Shown here one piece after another: positions 20,367 to 34,216 of a stretch of DNA of 64,000 bases. Positions within the stretch are counted from its first letter, which is position 1, and each line of letters begins with the position of its first letter. The position numbers and the translations under genes are program-made. The notes under the pieces were generated by a model. That model saw nothing but the letters and a program-made list of their open reading frames with translations. It was not told the origin of the DNA and did not search any database. This DNA is from a bacterium (lineage in GTDB: Bacteria; DRYD01): NCBI GenBank assembly GCA_039630415.1, contig JBCNVB010000018.1:35233-99232 (forward strand), read 5' to 3'.

Positions 20367-20385
20367 CAATCAATCCTATAAACCT

Positions 20386-21681
20386 ATGGAAAAAGAACTA
20401 CTTAACCTCCTAGTAGAAGAACTAGGTCAAATAGCATATGACCTATGCTTTAATATAAGTACCTCAAACATAGATAAAAATGAAAAAAGAATGACAATCA
20501 TAACACCAGATAAATCTGTAAAAGAGTGGATAGAAAAAAAATACTCACCACTGTTAAAGGAATTAATAGAAAAATACTATAATGAAATCGATTGGAATAT
20601 AGAGGTTAAACTCAAAGAAGGAGAGCAAGAAAATATAGAAAGTTCTCTAGATATTCTTAATCCTTTTTTTACTTTTGATAACTTCGTAGTGGGTAATAGT
20701 AATCAGTTTGCGTATGCAGCGAGTTTAGCAGTAGCACAAAAACCAGGTAAAGCATACAACCCACTGTTTATATATGGTTCTACAGGATTAGGTAAAACCC
20801 ATCTCCTTCACGCTATCGGTAACTTCATCTTTAAAAGAAAGTTATCCAAAAAAATAATCTATATTACATCTGAAAAATTCATAAACGATCTAGTTAACTC
20901 TATTAAAGAAAAAAAATTAGAAGATTTTAGAAACAAATATAGAAGAGCTGAAATACTTTTAATAGATGATGTTCAGTTCATAAGTGGAAAGGAAAGAACT
21001 CAAGAAGAACTGTTTCACACCTTTAATGAACTTTACTTAGAAAACAAACAAATAGTTCTGACTAGTGATAGACCACCAAGAGATTTAGAAGGGATAGAAG
21101 ATAGGTTAAAATCTAGATTTCAGTCTGGATTAATAGCCGATGTACAGCTGCCAGATTTTGAAACCCGAAAAGCTATAATAAAGAAAAAACTGGAAAAATA
21201 CGACCTAATTTTTGATGAGCAAGCAGTAGATTTTCTAGCTCAAAAATTTAGAAATAACGTCAGGGAAATTGAAGGAGCTATTATTAAAATTGTAGCATTT
21301 ATTAATCTCAACAAAATCAATATAGAAAAAGTTAGAGTGGAACACTTACAAGAAATCCTAAAAGATCTTAGTCATGAAGATACAAAAATCAACCCAGATA
21401 ATGTTATTGAGGTTGTCACTGAATACTTTAATATTACGCGAGAAGAAATCTTTTCCAATTCTAGGGAAAAGAAAATAGTATATCCAAGACAGGTATTAAC
21501 TTATCTTCTTAGAGACACCTTGGGTATGTCTTTTAAGAGTATAGGTAATTACCTTGGTAAGGATCATACAACCATAATGCATTCATATGAGAAAATCAAT
21601 GTTTTACTAGCAAGTCCAAAGGTTTATAAGGATATCTCTAATATAAGAGAGAAACTTTACGAGAAATACCATCATCATTAA
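20386..21681 (+). CDS. dnaA: chromosomal replication initiator protein DnaA
   Basis: 431 aa. Contains the AAA+ Walker A motif GSTGLGKTHLLHAIGN and the box VII region. The C-terminal DNA-binding domain includes YPRQVLTYLLRDTLGMSFKSIGNYLGKDHTTIMHS. Confidence 0.9.
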   Translation: MEKELLNLLVEELGQIAYDLCFNISTSNIDKNEKRMTIITPDKSVKEWIEKKYSPLLKELIEKYYNEIDWNIEVKLKEGEQENIESSLDILNPFFTFDNFVVGNSNQFAYAASLAVAQKPGKAYNPLFIYGSTGLGKTHLLHAIGNFIFKRKLSKKIIYITSEKFINDLVNSIKEKKLEDFRNKYRRAEILLIDDVQFISGKERTQEELFHTFNELYLENKQIVLTSDRPPRDLEGIEDRLKSRFQSGLIADVQLPDFETRKAIIKKKLEKYDLIFDEQAVDFLAQKFRNNVREIEGAIIKIVAFINLNKINIEKVRVEHLQEILKDLSHEDTKINPDNVIEVVTEYFNITREEIFSNSREKKIVYPRQVLTYLLRDTLGMSFKSIGNYLGKDHTTIMHSYEKINVLLASPKVYKDISNIREKLYEKYHHH

Positions 21682-21907
21682 ACATTAAATAGATAAACCT
21701 TTTTTAACAAACTTTGTATTTTTTAACACCGTTTTTACAATCTCTGTTCAATTTTGATTCAGTTAAGAAGCATTTTTCTTATGTAATTTACAGGAGGTGA
21801 TATAGATTTTATGATAGTTATGGATAAAGAGTTAAGGATGAAGTTGATTAGTTATAGTGGTTTAGTAGTTTACTATTTTAGGGTTGTATTGGGCAGGTGA
21901 TTTTGTA

Positions 21908-21993
21908 TGGGGGAGGCGGGATTTGAACCCGCACGGGAGTGAATCCCATTGGATCCTAAGTCCAACGCGTCTGCCAAATTCCGCCACTCCCCC
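21908..21993 (-). tRNA. tRNA-Leu (anticodon TAG)
   Basis: On the minus strand the sequence reads GGGGGAGTGGCGGAATTTGGCAGACGCGTTGGACTTAGGATCCAATGGGATTCACTCCCGTGCGGGTTCAAATCCCGCCTCCCCCA. It has a long variable arm and the anticodon loop CTTAGGA. Confidence 0.85.
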
Positions 21994-22037
21994 ACCCTTA
22001 AATCTTATTACAACACAAAACCATATCTTCCCTTCTT

Positions 22038-23492
22038 CTATAATCTCCCCAACCATCTTTCAAAACTCTTTAAATGAACACTACAAAAACTATAAAAATT
22101 CACTACATAATCCGATTCCAAGTAAGGATTTGAAAAACTAAAAATATATACTCTTTTACCCTTGTTCCTTAACCTATCTATCAAAGCTTTATAACTGTTA
22201 TCTATAACTAAGTATACTAAAAATATATCCTTCTGATTATGTACAAAAGCTTCTATTTCTTGGGTATTTGTAGGATCCTTTACGATTAGTACTTCTAACT
22301 CCTTGGATTTAAGTTTTTGAATATTTCTTATGTTATCGATAATTTTATGGCTTACTCCTATGGTTTCAAGGTAGTGGTTAGAAAACACTATGATTTTTAA
22401 GATTTGACTCAATTCTAAGAACTGCTTAAATGCTTGTTTATCACCTTTTTCTTTTATTGGTATATCGAATTGATTGAACATCCATGTGTTTAAATCTTGT
22501 ATGTATTGCAGATATTCCTCTTGTGTGTAGGTATGTAGATCAAACTTTTGGACAAATTTGTTGATCTTATGGTATTTATCAATCAAGATGCTTTCAAGAA
22601 GAGGATCCTTTTCTGCTTGTTTAGCCAGGAAGTTTATAGAGTATAATTTTAATTGATCTTCTCCAAGTATCAGAAGAATATCAACTCCCGCTCTTATCGC
22701 TTGTATTAAAGTTTCTTCCCAGTTAAAGTTTTGCATAGCCTTCATATTTAGAGCATCGGAGAAGATTATACCTTCATAAGGTTGTATTAAGTCTATAGTT
22801 TTTTTGGATATGGTAGCTGGAAGAGTATCTATGTTTTTGTAAACTACGTGAGCAGTCATTATAGATGGTAAATGAGATTTATTTTGTAAGAAAGGGAATA
22901 GATGAGTTTGGTTAGCATACGAATATGGTAAGTCCAGATGGCTATCTTTATCTGTATCTCCATGCCCAGGAAAATGTTTCCCAGTACACATGAGGTTTAC
23001 TTGATTATATGCCTTTATGTACTGCTGAGATAGTAGACTTACTTTTTCCGAATCTTCTCCAAAACTTCTTACCCCTATTATAGGGTTTTGATTGTTTGTA
23101 TTTACATCCATTACTGGTGAAAAGTTAACATTGAACTCGAGGAATTTGAGTATCAAACCGTTTAATATAGCTATCTTGTATGCGTCTGCTGGATCGTTTA
23201 TAGAGTATTGGGAACAAACAGCGGGAAAATCTGGATAATCAAACCTATACACTACTCCACCCTCTTGATCTATGCTTCTTAAAATTTCTAATCCATGAAT
23301 AGATTTGTATTGCCTTTTATAGTAATCATTAGTTTCTTTTAATTTTTTCCATCCGTTAGGAGATTGATCTATATCCTTGTAAAAGAGGATATACCCTGCA
23401 AAGGGGTACTTTAGTACAAAATCAGGATCATTGATATCGATTAGAATTAGTCTAGAAACTATCTCTTTAAGGTTTTGTGGTTTATTTTTCAT
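22038..23492 (-). CDS. glycoside hydrolase family 3 (beta-N-acetylhexosaminidase/NagZ-like) with a C-terminal extension
   Basis: 484 aa. Contains the GH3 N-domain motifs KHFPGHGDTDKDSHLDLP and the catalytic Asp region. Confidence 0.7.
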   Translation of the reverse strand: MKNKPQNLKEIVSRLILIDINDPDFVLKYPFAGYILFYKDIDQSPNGWKKLKETNDYYKRQYKSIHGLEILRSIDQEGGVVYRFDYPDFPAVCSQYSINDPADAYKIAILNGLILKFLEFNVNFSPVMDVNTNNQNPIIGVRSFGEDSEKVSLLSQQYIKAYNQVNLMCTGKHFPGHGDTDKDSHLDLPYSYANQTHLFPFLQNKSHLPSIMTAHVVYKNIDTLPATISKKTIDLIQPYEGIIFSDALNMKAMQNFNWEETLIQAIRAGVDILLILGEDQLKLYSINFLAKQAEKDPLLESILIDKYHKINKFVQKFDLHTYTQEEYLQYIQDLNTWMFNQFDIPIKEKGDKQAFKQFLELSQILKIIVFSNHYLETIGVSHKIIDNIRNIQKLKSKELEVLIVKDPTNTQEIEAFVHNQKDIFLVYLVIDNSYKALIDRLRNKGKRVYIFSFSNPYLESDYVVNFYSFCSVHLKSFERWLGRL

Positions 23493-24420
23493 ATTTAACC
23501 AGCGAGTAGAAAAGAAGTAGTAGGTTAGATGGTTTTTCAGCTAATCTTCTTACGAAGTATTCGTACCATTCGCTACCTACGGGTATGTATATTCTTAGGT
23601 TATATCCTTGTTCTATTATCTTTTTTTGTAGGTCTTGTCTTACTCCATATAGCATTTGGAATTCAAAATCATCTCTTGATATGCCTTTGTATTGGCAGTA
23701 GTTTTTTATTTTTTCAATTAATTTGTGATCATGAGTAGCAAAGGCAGGATAAACTTTACTTATATTGTCCAGTAGTTTAACAGCTATATTGTAATAATTT
23801 TCGTCTATTTTACTTTTTGATGGTAGAATTTTGTCAAAAGGTTCTTTATATGCTCCTTTACAAAGTCTTACGATCGGTTTTGAATCCCAATCAAAACTTA
23901 ATATCCTGTCATCTATGTCTTTCATTGTTCGATATAGATAGGCTTGAAAAGTTATGTCTAAATTGTTGTACTTTAATTCTTTTCTGAAAAAGTCAAATAT
24001 ATTAAGTGTAGAATCTATCAAAACTGAATTTTCCATATCTATATGTATTCTGTTATTGCATGAATCGAGAATATTTTTCAAATTCTGCTTACATATGTTT
24101 TCTTCCAAAAGTATGCCCAATGCACTTAGCTTTACTGAAATTGATATGTTATTCAGCATAGATACCTTGTTTATTATTTCATTGAGATTTTGGATATATT
24201 TCTGCACCTTTTCAGAGTTGTTATATTGTTCTCCTAATAAGGATATTGTAATTCTATATCCTTGGTTAATTAAATTTTGCATTTTTTGGATAAAGATATC
24301 GTCTACTTGTTCAGATCCTACATATCTAAAAGCCAGCTTTCTTATAGAATCTACTTTTGATATACCCCTCATAATGGGATTATCAAAGATAGATATAATT
24401 GCTTTTTTTATTAGTGACAT
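23482..24420 (-). CDS. proline dehydrogenase
   Basis: 312 aa. Contains the Pro_dh family motifs RLCKGAY, FQMLYGVR and YIPVGSEWYEYFVRRLAE. Confidence 0.6.
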   Translation of the reverse strand: MSLIKKAIISIFDNPIMRGISKVDSIRKLAFRYVGSEQVDDIFIQKMQNLINQGYRITISLLGEQYNNSEKVQKYIQNLNEIINKVSMLNNISISVKLSALGILLEENICKQNLKNILDSCNNRIHIDMENSVLIDSTLNIFDFFRKELKYNNLDITFQAYLYRTMKDIDDRILSFDWDSKPIVRLCKGAYKEPFDKILPSKSKIDENYYNIAVKLLDNISKVYPAFATHDHKLIEKIKNYCQYKGISRDDFEFQMLYGVRQDLQKKIIEQGYNLRIYIPVGSEWYEYFVRRLAEKPSNLLLLFYSLVKYEK

Positions 24421-24422
24421 TA

Positions 24423-25211
24423 TTATCCTTTATTTTCGGTTAATGAGAATATTGAAAGGTAGGTGAAAAGTACAATAGATATGATAAAATATGCTATATT
24501 TTTAAGATCTATAACACCTTTAGATAGGTTCTCAAAGTTTGTTGATATAGATATAGCTTTTACGATATTTTTGTAAGTTGGATTGGTAAAGTCTCCCGTA
24601 AATCCTATTAACCAAAATGTAAGGACCAGGAAGAGAGATATGAGCATGGCTACAAAAAATTCATCGGTTAAGGTTGATACAAATACTGACATCGATACAA
24701 TTAGTGCTCCTATAAGTATTAGCCCTAAAAATCCAGTAGCTATCACTCCTAAATCCAACGTCCCTTTATTGATGACAGTATATACAACTACGAAAAAGAT
24801 TATATAAATCATAGCAAACGTTAAAAACATTAGGTACATTAGAAAAGTAGAAATCATTTTTCCTATAACTAGTTCAATTTCCTTAAAAGGGTAGGTAAAA
24901 AGGAGTTCTATTGTTTTGAGTTTTCTTTCTTGAGCAAAAGATTTAGAGGCGATTATTGGAATAATCAGTACGCTTAGAAAAGCAACAAAGCCCATATAAG
25001 GGGTTACTATCATATCATTCACATTGAAATTCCTTGCAAAAGAGGGAAAACTAACAGCTACAAAAGCAGCTTGAAAAAATGCATAAATCGCACTAACAAA
25101 GAATATTGTCAAGAATAGTAAAGCCACAAACATCGATACAAACGGTAATATTGTAGAAGAACTCTCCAATATATCCTTTTTTACTATCAACATAACTTTT
25201 CTAAAATCCAT
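24423..25211 (-). CDS. ABC-2 family transporter permease
   Basis: 262 aa protein with six predicted TM segments. Immediately downstream of the ABC ATPase. Confidence 0.6.
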   Translation of the reverse strand: MDFRKVMLIVKKDILESSSTILPFVSMFVALLFLTIFFVSAIYAFFQAAFVAVSFPSFARNFNVNDMIVTPYMGFVAFLSVLIIPIIASKSFAQERKLKTIELLFTYPFKEIELVIGKMISTFLMYLMFLTFAMIYIIFFVVVYTVINKGTLDLGVIATGFLGLILIGALIVSMSVFVSTLTDEFFVAMLISLFLVLTFWLIGFTGDFTNPTYKNIVKAISISTNFENLSKGVIDLKNIAYFIISIVLFTYLSIFSLTENKG

Positions 25212-25232
25212 ACATTCATCCCCCTTTTAAGA

Positions 25233-26165
25233 CTATTGTATTGCTTTCAAAAATAAATCTTCCATCGTTATTGTATTTTTATTTATGTATAAGAACTCTA
25301 TATTGTCTTCAACTAACTTTTTAGAAATTTCAAAAAGAATTCTTTCATCTTTTTTATTTATGTTGAAAGTTACCGAAGAGTCTTGGAATTGAACTTCGTG
25401 AATGTTGTAAGATTTGAGTATCTCTCGGATTTTGTCGTTAATCTCATTGTTTGTTTTTGAGAATATGTACTCAACTTTAACTTCATTTTGTATTTGTTCT
25501 TTAAGATCCTTAACTCTTCCACTCATTCTTATTTTGCCCTCATGGATAATAACCAAATTGTCACAGATAGCTTCTACTTCTTGCATTATGTGTGTACTGA
25601 GAATAATTGTTCGGTTTGCAGATAAGCTTTTAATTAGTTTTCTTATTTCTATTATTTGAGCTGGGTCTAATCCTTGAGTAGGTTCATCTAGTATTATAAC
25701 TTTTGGATCTCCTATTATTGCCTGTGCTATACCTACCCTTTGCCTATACCCTTTAGATAGCTCCTTTAAGAATCTATTTTTGTATTTCTCTACCCCTACT
25801 TGGTTAATTACCTTTTCTACTTCTTCTTCCACATTTGGTACTTCTTTAGAAAGAGCTACGAATTTTAGAAAATCCAGTACTGTTAAGTTATCGTATATTG
25901 GGAAGTTTTCGGGTAGATAACCTATGAATTTCCTTACTTTATAGGGTTCCTGAATAGCATCTATTGAGTTAACATATACCTTTCCGCTGTTAGGTTTAAA
26001 GTAAGTTGTTATAATTTTCATAGTGGTTGTTTTTCCAGCTCCGTTTAGACCCAAAAATCCAGTTACTTTACCTTCTTCAAAATCTACCGTTACATCTTCT
26101 ATACCTCTCATATCTCCGTATCTTTTTGTCACGTTCTCGAGGCTAACTATGTTACTCATACCCAC
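25233..26165 (-). CDS. ABC transporter ATP-binding protein
   Basis: Contains Walker A GLNGAGKTT, the ABC signature LSKGYRQRV, and Walker B IILDEPT. Confidence 0.85.
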   Translation of the reverse strand: MGMSNIVSLENVTKRYGDMRGIEDVTVDFEEGKVTGFLGLNGAGKTTTMKIITTYFKPNSGKVYVNSIDAIQEPYKVRKFIGYLPENFPIYDNLTVLDFLKFVALSKEVPNVEEEVEKVINQVGVEKYKNRFLKELSKGYRQRVGIAQAIIGDPKVIILDEPTQGLDPAQIIEIRKLIKSLSANRTIILSTHIMQEVEAICDNLVIIHEGKIRMSGRVKDLKEQIQNEVKVEYIFSKTNNEINDKIREILKSYNIHEVQFQDSSVTFNINKKDERILFEISKKLVEDNIEFLYINKNTITMEDLFLKAIQ

Positions 26166-26192
26166 TTCCCCTTTTCTGTGTAATATATTTTT

Positions 26193-30025
<3,833 letters not shown>

Positions 30026-30036
30026 TTGGTATTTTT

Positions 30037-30729
30037 TTACGAAGCTATTTTGACAAGGTTTTGGATGTTATTTTCCATCACATATTCTTCTACTTTTATG
30101 ATTGTATCAATATTCACTTGTTGAAGTTTATTTATTCCTTGTGAACTATCAAATTCGAAGTAGGAGTTTATAGTTACGATGAAATTTCCTTGAATAGTTT
30201 TCTTTTGTCCCGTTATGAGCTCCATATCCATTGGTATGGATGCACTACTTTCTGTACTTCTTCCTTCGATGTATACTATTCCATTTTCGACTGATTTTAC
30301 GACATAAGTCATAGGTATTTGTAATTGCTTATTCTGCCCAGGTAGATTGAAATCTATGTTTACTGTCCAGTATTGACCTATTTCGAGTTCATAGTCTGGG
30401 AAAACTAGGGTACTTACTTCTTGGCTACCAGCAGAGTCTACTATGTTACCATATTCATCCATAAGCATATATATAGTCTGTTCATTTACTGGTACTATTA
30501 CCGTTTTCATTTCTTCGCTTGGTGTTTCATCAGGTTGTCTATTACTTACTTTTACTCTAATATGAAATCCTTCTTCATCTTTAGCTATGGTTTTGAGCTC
30601 TATATCGGAGAAGTACATTATTCTTGAAGCATCAACTAAATCCATTGATTTAGATATTTGTCTTATAGTATTGCTTTTTGATATATATTTAATGGTTTTT
30701 CCTACAGGGTAATTAAATTTGAGTATCAT
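30037..30729 (-). CDS. hypothetical protein
   Basis: 230 aa ORF inserted between rplA and pheT. No motifs recognised. Confidence 0.35.
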   Translation of the reverse strand: MILKFNYPVGKTIKYISKSNTIRQISKSMDLVDASRIMYFSDIELKTIAKDEEGFHIRVKVSNRQPDETPSEEMKTVIVPVNEQTIYMLMDEYGNIVDSAGSQEVSTLVFPDYELEIGQYWTVNIDFNLPGQNKQLQIPMTYVVKSVENGIVYIEGRSTESSASIPMDMELITGQKKTIQGNFIVTINSYFEFDSSQGINKLQQVNIDTIIKVEEYVMENNIQNLVKIAS

Positions 30730-30762
30730 ATTTACCTCCCTGCTTGTTAGTAAATCGAGATA

Positions 30763-31470
30763 TTAGAAATCAAATTTTTCTGCTAAATCAAGCAAAATTT
30801 TGGTATCTACTTTAAGTGAGGGTGACATAGTTGTTGATAAATAAGCTGTTTCTATGAAGTTTCCTTTAGCTGATGGTGGTTTTGCTCTTAAAAGTGTCTT
30901 TATTGCAGCCAATAGATTTTCATATATTTTTTGTTTTCCGAAGGATATTTTACCGAGTGGGATGTGGTAGTTACCTAGCTTATCATTTCTTATTTGTATT
31001 TTACCTTTTTTTATTTCTTCTACGATTTGTTTTATGTTGTTTCCGACGGTTCCTGCTTTAGGGCTAGGCATTTTAGGACCTAAAACTTTACCCAATTGTT
31101 TTCCTATTATTGGCATCATGTCTAGAGTAGATACTGCTACGTCAAATTTTACTTCTCCTTTTTTGACTTGTTCTACTAGATCATTTCCTCCCACTATATC
31201 TGCTCCTGCTTCTCTTGCTTGATCAGCTAGGTCTCCTTGTGCAAAAACGAGTACTGTAGGTGATTTACCTATGCCATGAGGAAGTACTACACTCGTTCTT
31301 ACTGTTTGGTCAGATTTAGTTGGATCTATTGATAGTTTTCCATGTACTTCAAACATTTCATCAAATTTATTATTCCAATTTTCTATTAGGAATTCAATTG
31401 CTTGCAAGGGATGATATTTTTTGGTGCGATCTATTTTCTCCGCTACCAGAGAGTATCTTTTACTTGCCAT
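30763..31470 (-). CDS. rplA: 50S ribosomal protein L1
   Basis: 235 aa. Contains KYHPLQAIE...VHGKLSIDP and the conserved GKQLGKVLGPKMPSPKAGTV. Confidence 0.9.
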   Translation of the reverse strand: MASKRYSLVAEKIDRTKKYHPLQAIEFLIENWNNKFDEMFEVHGKLSIDPTKSDQTVRTSVVLPHGIGKSPTVLVFAQGDLADQAREAGADIVGGNDLVEQVKKGEVKFDVAVSTLDMMPIIGKQLGKVLGPKMPSPKAGTVGNNIKQIVEEIKKGKIQIRNDKLGNYHIPLGKISFGKQKIYENLLAAIKTLLRAKPPSAKGNFIETAYLSTTMSPSLKVDTKILLDLAEKFDF

Positions 31471-31481
31471 ATTTATACCTC

Positions 31482-31949
31482 CTATTCTACTACTTCTATT
31501 CCCATGTTTTTTGCTTGTCCTGCAATTATTTTAACAGCGGTTTCAAGATTTCGAGTATTTAGATCTGGTAATTTCATTTTTGCTATTTCAATGAGTTTAT
31601 CTTTAGTTATTTTTCCTACTTTTTGCCTGTTAGGTTGAGGACTACCACTTTCTATTCCTATAGCTTTTAGTATCAACGATGAAGTTGGAGGAGTTTTGAG
31701 TATGAATTTATAGGTTCTATCGCTGTATACGTAAACTATTGCTGGGACTATATATCCTTGCATTTTAGCTGTTTGTGCATTGTAGTTTTTACAGAATTCT
31801 GCTATATTTAGGCCGTACTGTCCGAGAGCTGGACCCACAGGAGGTGCAGGAGTAGCTTTCCCTGCTTCAAGATAAAGTGTAAGAGTTGCTACTAGGGTCT
31901 TTTGTCCCTTTGGAGCAGCCACCATTTTTTCTTTTGTCTTTACAGCCAT
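31482..31949 (-). CDS. rplK: 50S ribosomal protein L11
   Basis: Contains PPVGPALGQYGLNIAEFCKNYN and the C-terminal domain. The real start is possibly the internal Met (MVAAPKGQ...). Confidence 0.9.
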   Translation of the reverse strand: MAVKTKEKMVAAPKGQKTLVATLTLYLEAGKATPAPPVGPALGQYGLNIAEFCKNYNAQTAKMQGYIVPAIVYVYSDRTYKFILKTPPTSSLILKAIGIESGSPQPNRQKVGKITKDKLIEIAKMKLPDLNTRNLETAVKIIAGQAKNMGIEVVE

Positions 31950-31976
31950 AATACCAACCCCTTCTACTTAAAACAC

Positions 31977-32561
31977 CTAGTCTATTTTTTCACACTCATT
32001 GATATCTATCTCTATAGGAGTTTCCCTACCAAAGATAACTATCGATACTATAGCTTTTCCCTTTTCATGGTATATCTTTTCTATTATTCCTTGGCTATCT
32101 ACGAATGGTCCGTATGTAATTCTTACCCTGTCTCCTACGTTCAATTCAACCCTTTTGGTAGGTATATTTCCTTCGATGAAAGGTCTTATTTTGTTTATTT
32201 CTTCATAAGTTAGTGGTGTTGGTTTATTTTGTGGTCCTACAAAACCAGTTACACCTTGTATACTTTTTATAAAACTCCACGTTTCGTTGTCAAGTATCAT
32301 TTCTATAAAGACATATCCTGGAAAAACTCTTCTTTTTATTTCTTTTTGTTTTCCCGCTTTGACTCTTATTTCCTTTTCAAGAGGCACTACCAAGCGGAAT
32401 ATTTTTTTGTCTAGTCCCAAATTACGTGCTTTCATTTCTATAGTATTTTTTACTTCTTCTTCCATACCTGATAGAGTGTGGACTATGTACCACTCTGCTT
32501 CGGGATGTAACTTAAATCTATCTTCTTCTATAATTTCACTTTCTTCTCTTTTTTCTTCCAT
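31977..32561 (-). CDS. nusG: transcription termination/antitermination factor NusG
   Basis: 194 aa. NGN domain (WYIVHTLSGMEEEVK) and a C-terminal KOW (GDRVRITYGPF). Confidence 0.9.
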   Translation of the reverse strand: MEEKREESEIIEEDRFKLHPEAEWYIVHTLSGMEEEVKNTIEMKARNLGLDKKIFRLVVPLEKEIRVKAGKQKEIKRRVFPGYVFIEMILDNETWSFIKSIQGVTGFVGPQNKPTPLTYEEINKIRPFIEGNIPTKRVELNVGDRVRITYGPFVDSQGIIEKIYHEKGKAIVSIVIFGRETPIEIDINECEKID

Positions 32562-32583
32562 ATCTTTCTCTCCCTTGTAGAAT

Positions 32584-32772
32584 TTAGAGATTGATTCTGA
32601 GTACGTATTTAAATATTCCCTTTAGTATTAGGTCTATTACTTCCATATATAGGGATGCGAATAAGACTATTAGTGCAATTGATTTAGTTGCGTTTATTAC
32701 AGCTTGCTTATCAGGGTATGTTATTTTACCTATTTCTTCTTTTATTCCTTGTAAGAATGATATTATATTCAT
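32584..32772 (-). CDS. secE: preprotein translocase subunit SecE
   Basis: 62 aa single-TM protein located between rpmG and nusG. KGIFKYV... is followed by a TM helix. Confidence 0.8.
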   Translation of the reverse strand: MNIISFLQGIKEEIGKITYPDKQAVINATKSIALIVLFASLYMEVIDLILKGIFKYVLRINL

Positions 32773-32776
32773 GGAC

Positions 32777-32941
32777 TCATTTTACTTCTGTATGTTCTAC
32801 GTGTGTTTTACATTTCGCGCAGTATTTTCTGAGTTTTAGTTTTTGGGTTGTTTTAACTCTATTTTTTGATGTTACATAGTTTTTGCTTTTACATTTGGTA
32901 CAGGCTAGGAAGATTATTACTCTGTTTCCTTTGGAGGCCAT
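32777..32941 (-). CDS. rpmG: 50S ribosomal protein L33
   Basis: Manually translated MASKGNRVIIFLACTKCKSKNYVTSKNRVKTTQKLKLRKYCAKCKTHVEHTEVK. The zinc-ribbon CxxC...CxxC pattern is present. Not in the supplied ORF track. Confidence 0.8.
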   Translation of the reverse strand: MASKGNRVIIFLACTKCKSKNYVTSKNRVKTTQKLKLRKYCAKCKTHVEHTEVK

Positions 32942-32963
32942 AAATATCACCTTTGGATTATCC

Positions 32964-34160
32964 TTAGCCTATTAATTCGGTTACTACTCCGGCTCCTATA
33001 GTTTTTCCACCTTCTCTTATTGCAAACCTTTGTCCTTTTTCAAGTACCACTGGTTGGATTAGTTCTACTTCAAATTCTACATTATCTCCTGGCATTACCA
33101 TTTGTACATTTTCTGGAAGCTTGATAGTACCTGTTATGTCAGCTGTTCTGACGTAGAATTGGGGTCTATATCCTGTAGTAAATGGTTTTTGTCTTCCTCC
33201 TTCTTCTTTGGATAATACATAAACATTGGCTTTGAATTTTGTGTATGATTTTACTGAGTTTGGAATTGCTACAACTTGTCCTCTTTCAACTTCATCCTTA
33301 CCTACTCCTCTAAGGAGTAGTCCTACGTTGTCACCTGGTAGAGCTTCGTCCAATATTTTTCTAAACATTTCTATACTTGTTACTACAGTTTTGACAGGGT
33401 CTCTTCTTAGACCAATTATTTCGACTTCTGTATTAGGTAGGAGTTTACCTCTTTCAACCCTACCTGTTACAACAGTTCCTCTACCGGTTATACTGAAAAC
33501 ATCTTCTATTGGCATAAGGAAAGGCTTATCTACTTCTCTGGGGGGTTCTTCAAAATAGTCATCCATAGCTTTGACCAGATCCAGGATTTTTTGGGTCCAT
33601 TCATTTTCTTGATCTGCTTCCATAGCTTTTAGAGCACTTCCTCTTATAACAGGGGTATTATCTCCATCAAAACCATACTTAGACAAGAGATCCCTTACTT
33701 CCATCTCAACTAGGTCTACCAGTTCATTATCAACAGAAGGATCATCTATTTTGTTGATAAAAACTATGATTTTGGGTACACCTACTTGTCTTGCGAGTAG
33801 TACGTGTTCTCTTGTTTGTGGCATTGGTCCGTCGGTAGCTGCTACTACTAAGATAGCTCCGTCCATTTGAGCAGCACCTGTTATCATGTTTTTTATGTAG
33901 TCCACGTGTCCTGGGCAGTCTACGTGTGCATAGTGTCTTTTATCACTTTCATATTCGACATGAGCTATATTTATTGTAATACCTCTTGCCTTTTCCTCAG
34001 GCGCTTTATCTATTTGATCATATGCCATGTATTGAGCCAGTTTTTTCATTGCTAACACTTTAGTTATAGCAGATGTTAATGTTGTTTTTCCGTGGTCTAT
34101 ATGACCTATTGTTCCTACGTTTAGGTGTGGTTTTGTTCTTACAAATTTTGATTTTGCCAC
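32964..34160 (-). CDS. tuf: elongation factor Tu
   Basis: 398 aa. Contains [19 protein letters not shown] and SALK motifs. Confidence 0.95.
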   Translation of the reverse strand: MAKSKFVRTKPHLNVGTIGHIDHGKTTLTSAITKVLAMKKLAQYMAYDQIDKAPEEKARGITINIAHVEYESDKRHYAHVDCPGHVDYIKNMITGAAQMDGAILVVAATDGPMPQTREHVLLARQVGVPKIIVFINKIDDPSVDNELVDLVEMEVRDLLSKYGFDGDNTPVIRGSALKAMEADQENEWTQKILDLVKAMDDYFEEPPREVDKPFLMPIEDVFSITGRGTVVTGRVERGKLLPNTEVEIIGLRRDPVKTVVTSIEMFRKILDEALPGDNVGLLLRGVGKDEVERGQVVAIPNSVKSYTKFKANVYVLSKEEGGRQKPFTTGYRPQFYVRTADITGTIKLPENVQMVMPGDNVEFEVELIQPVVLEKGQRFAIREGGKTIGAGVVTELIG

Positions 34161-34216
34161 CTTTTATCCCTCCTTCTCAAATCAATTTCAATATTCATAT
34201 TCTTCAGAAAAACAAT

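Noticed and set aside
22038-24420. Possible operon linking GH3 hydrolase and proline dehydrogenase as a novel pathway.
   Set aside because: Adjacency with a 10-nt overlap is real, but both genes are common housekeeping or catabolic genes. There is no further supporting evidence of a functional link.
31482-32561. Possible L10 leader or L11-L1 autoregulatory RNA structure in the rplK-rplA spacer.
   Set aside because: The spacer is only 11 nt. There is no room for the L1-binding mRNA structure here. If present it would be upstream of rplK. This could not be assessed reliably by eye.
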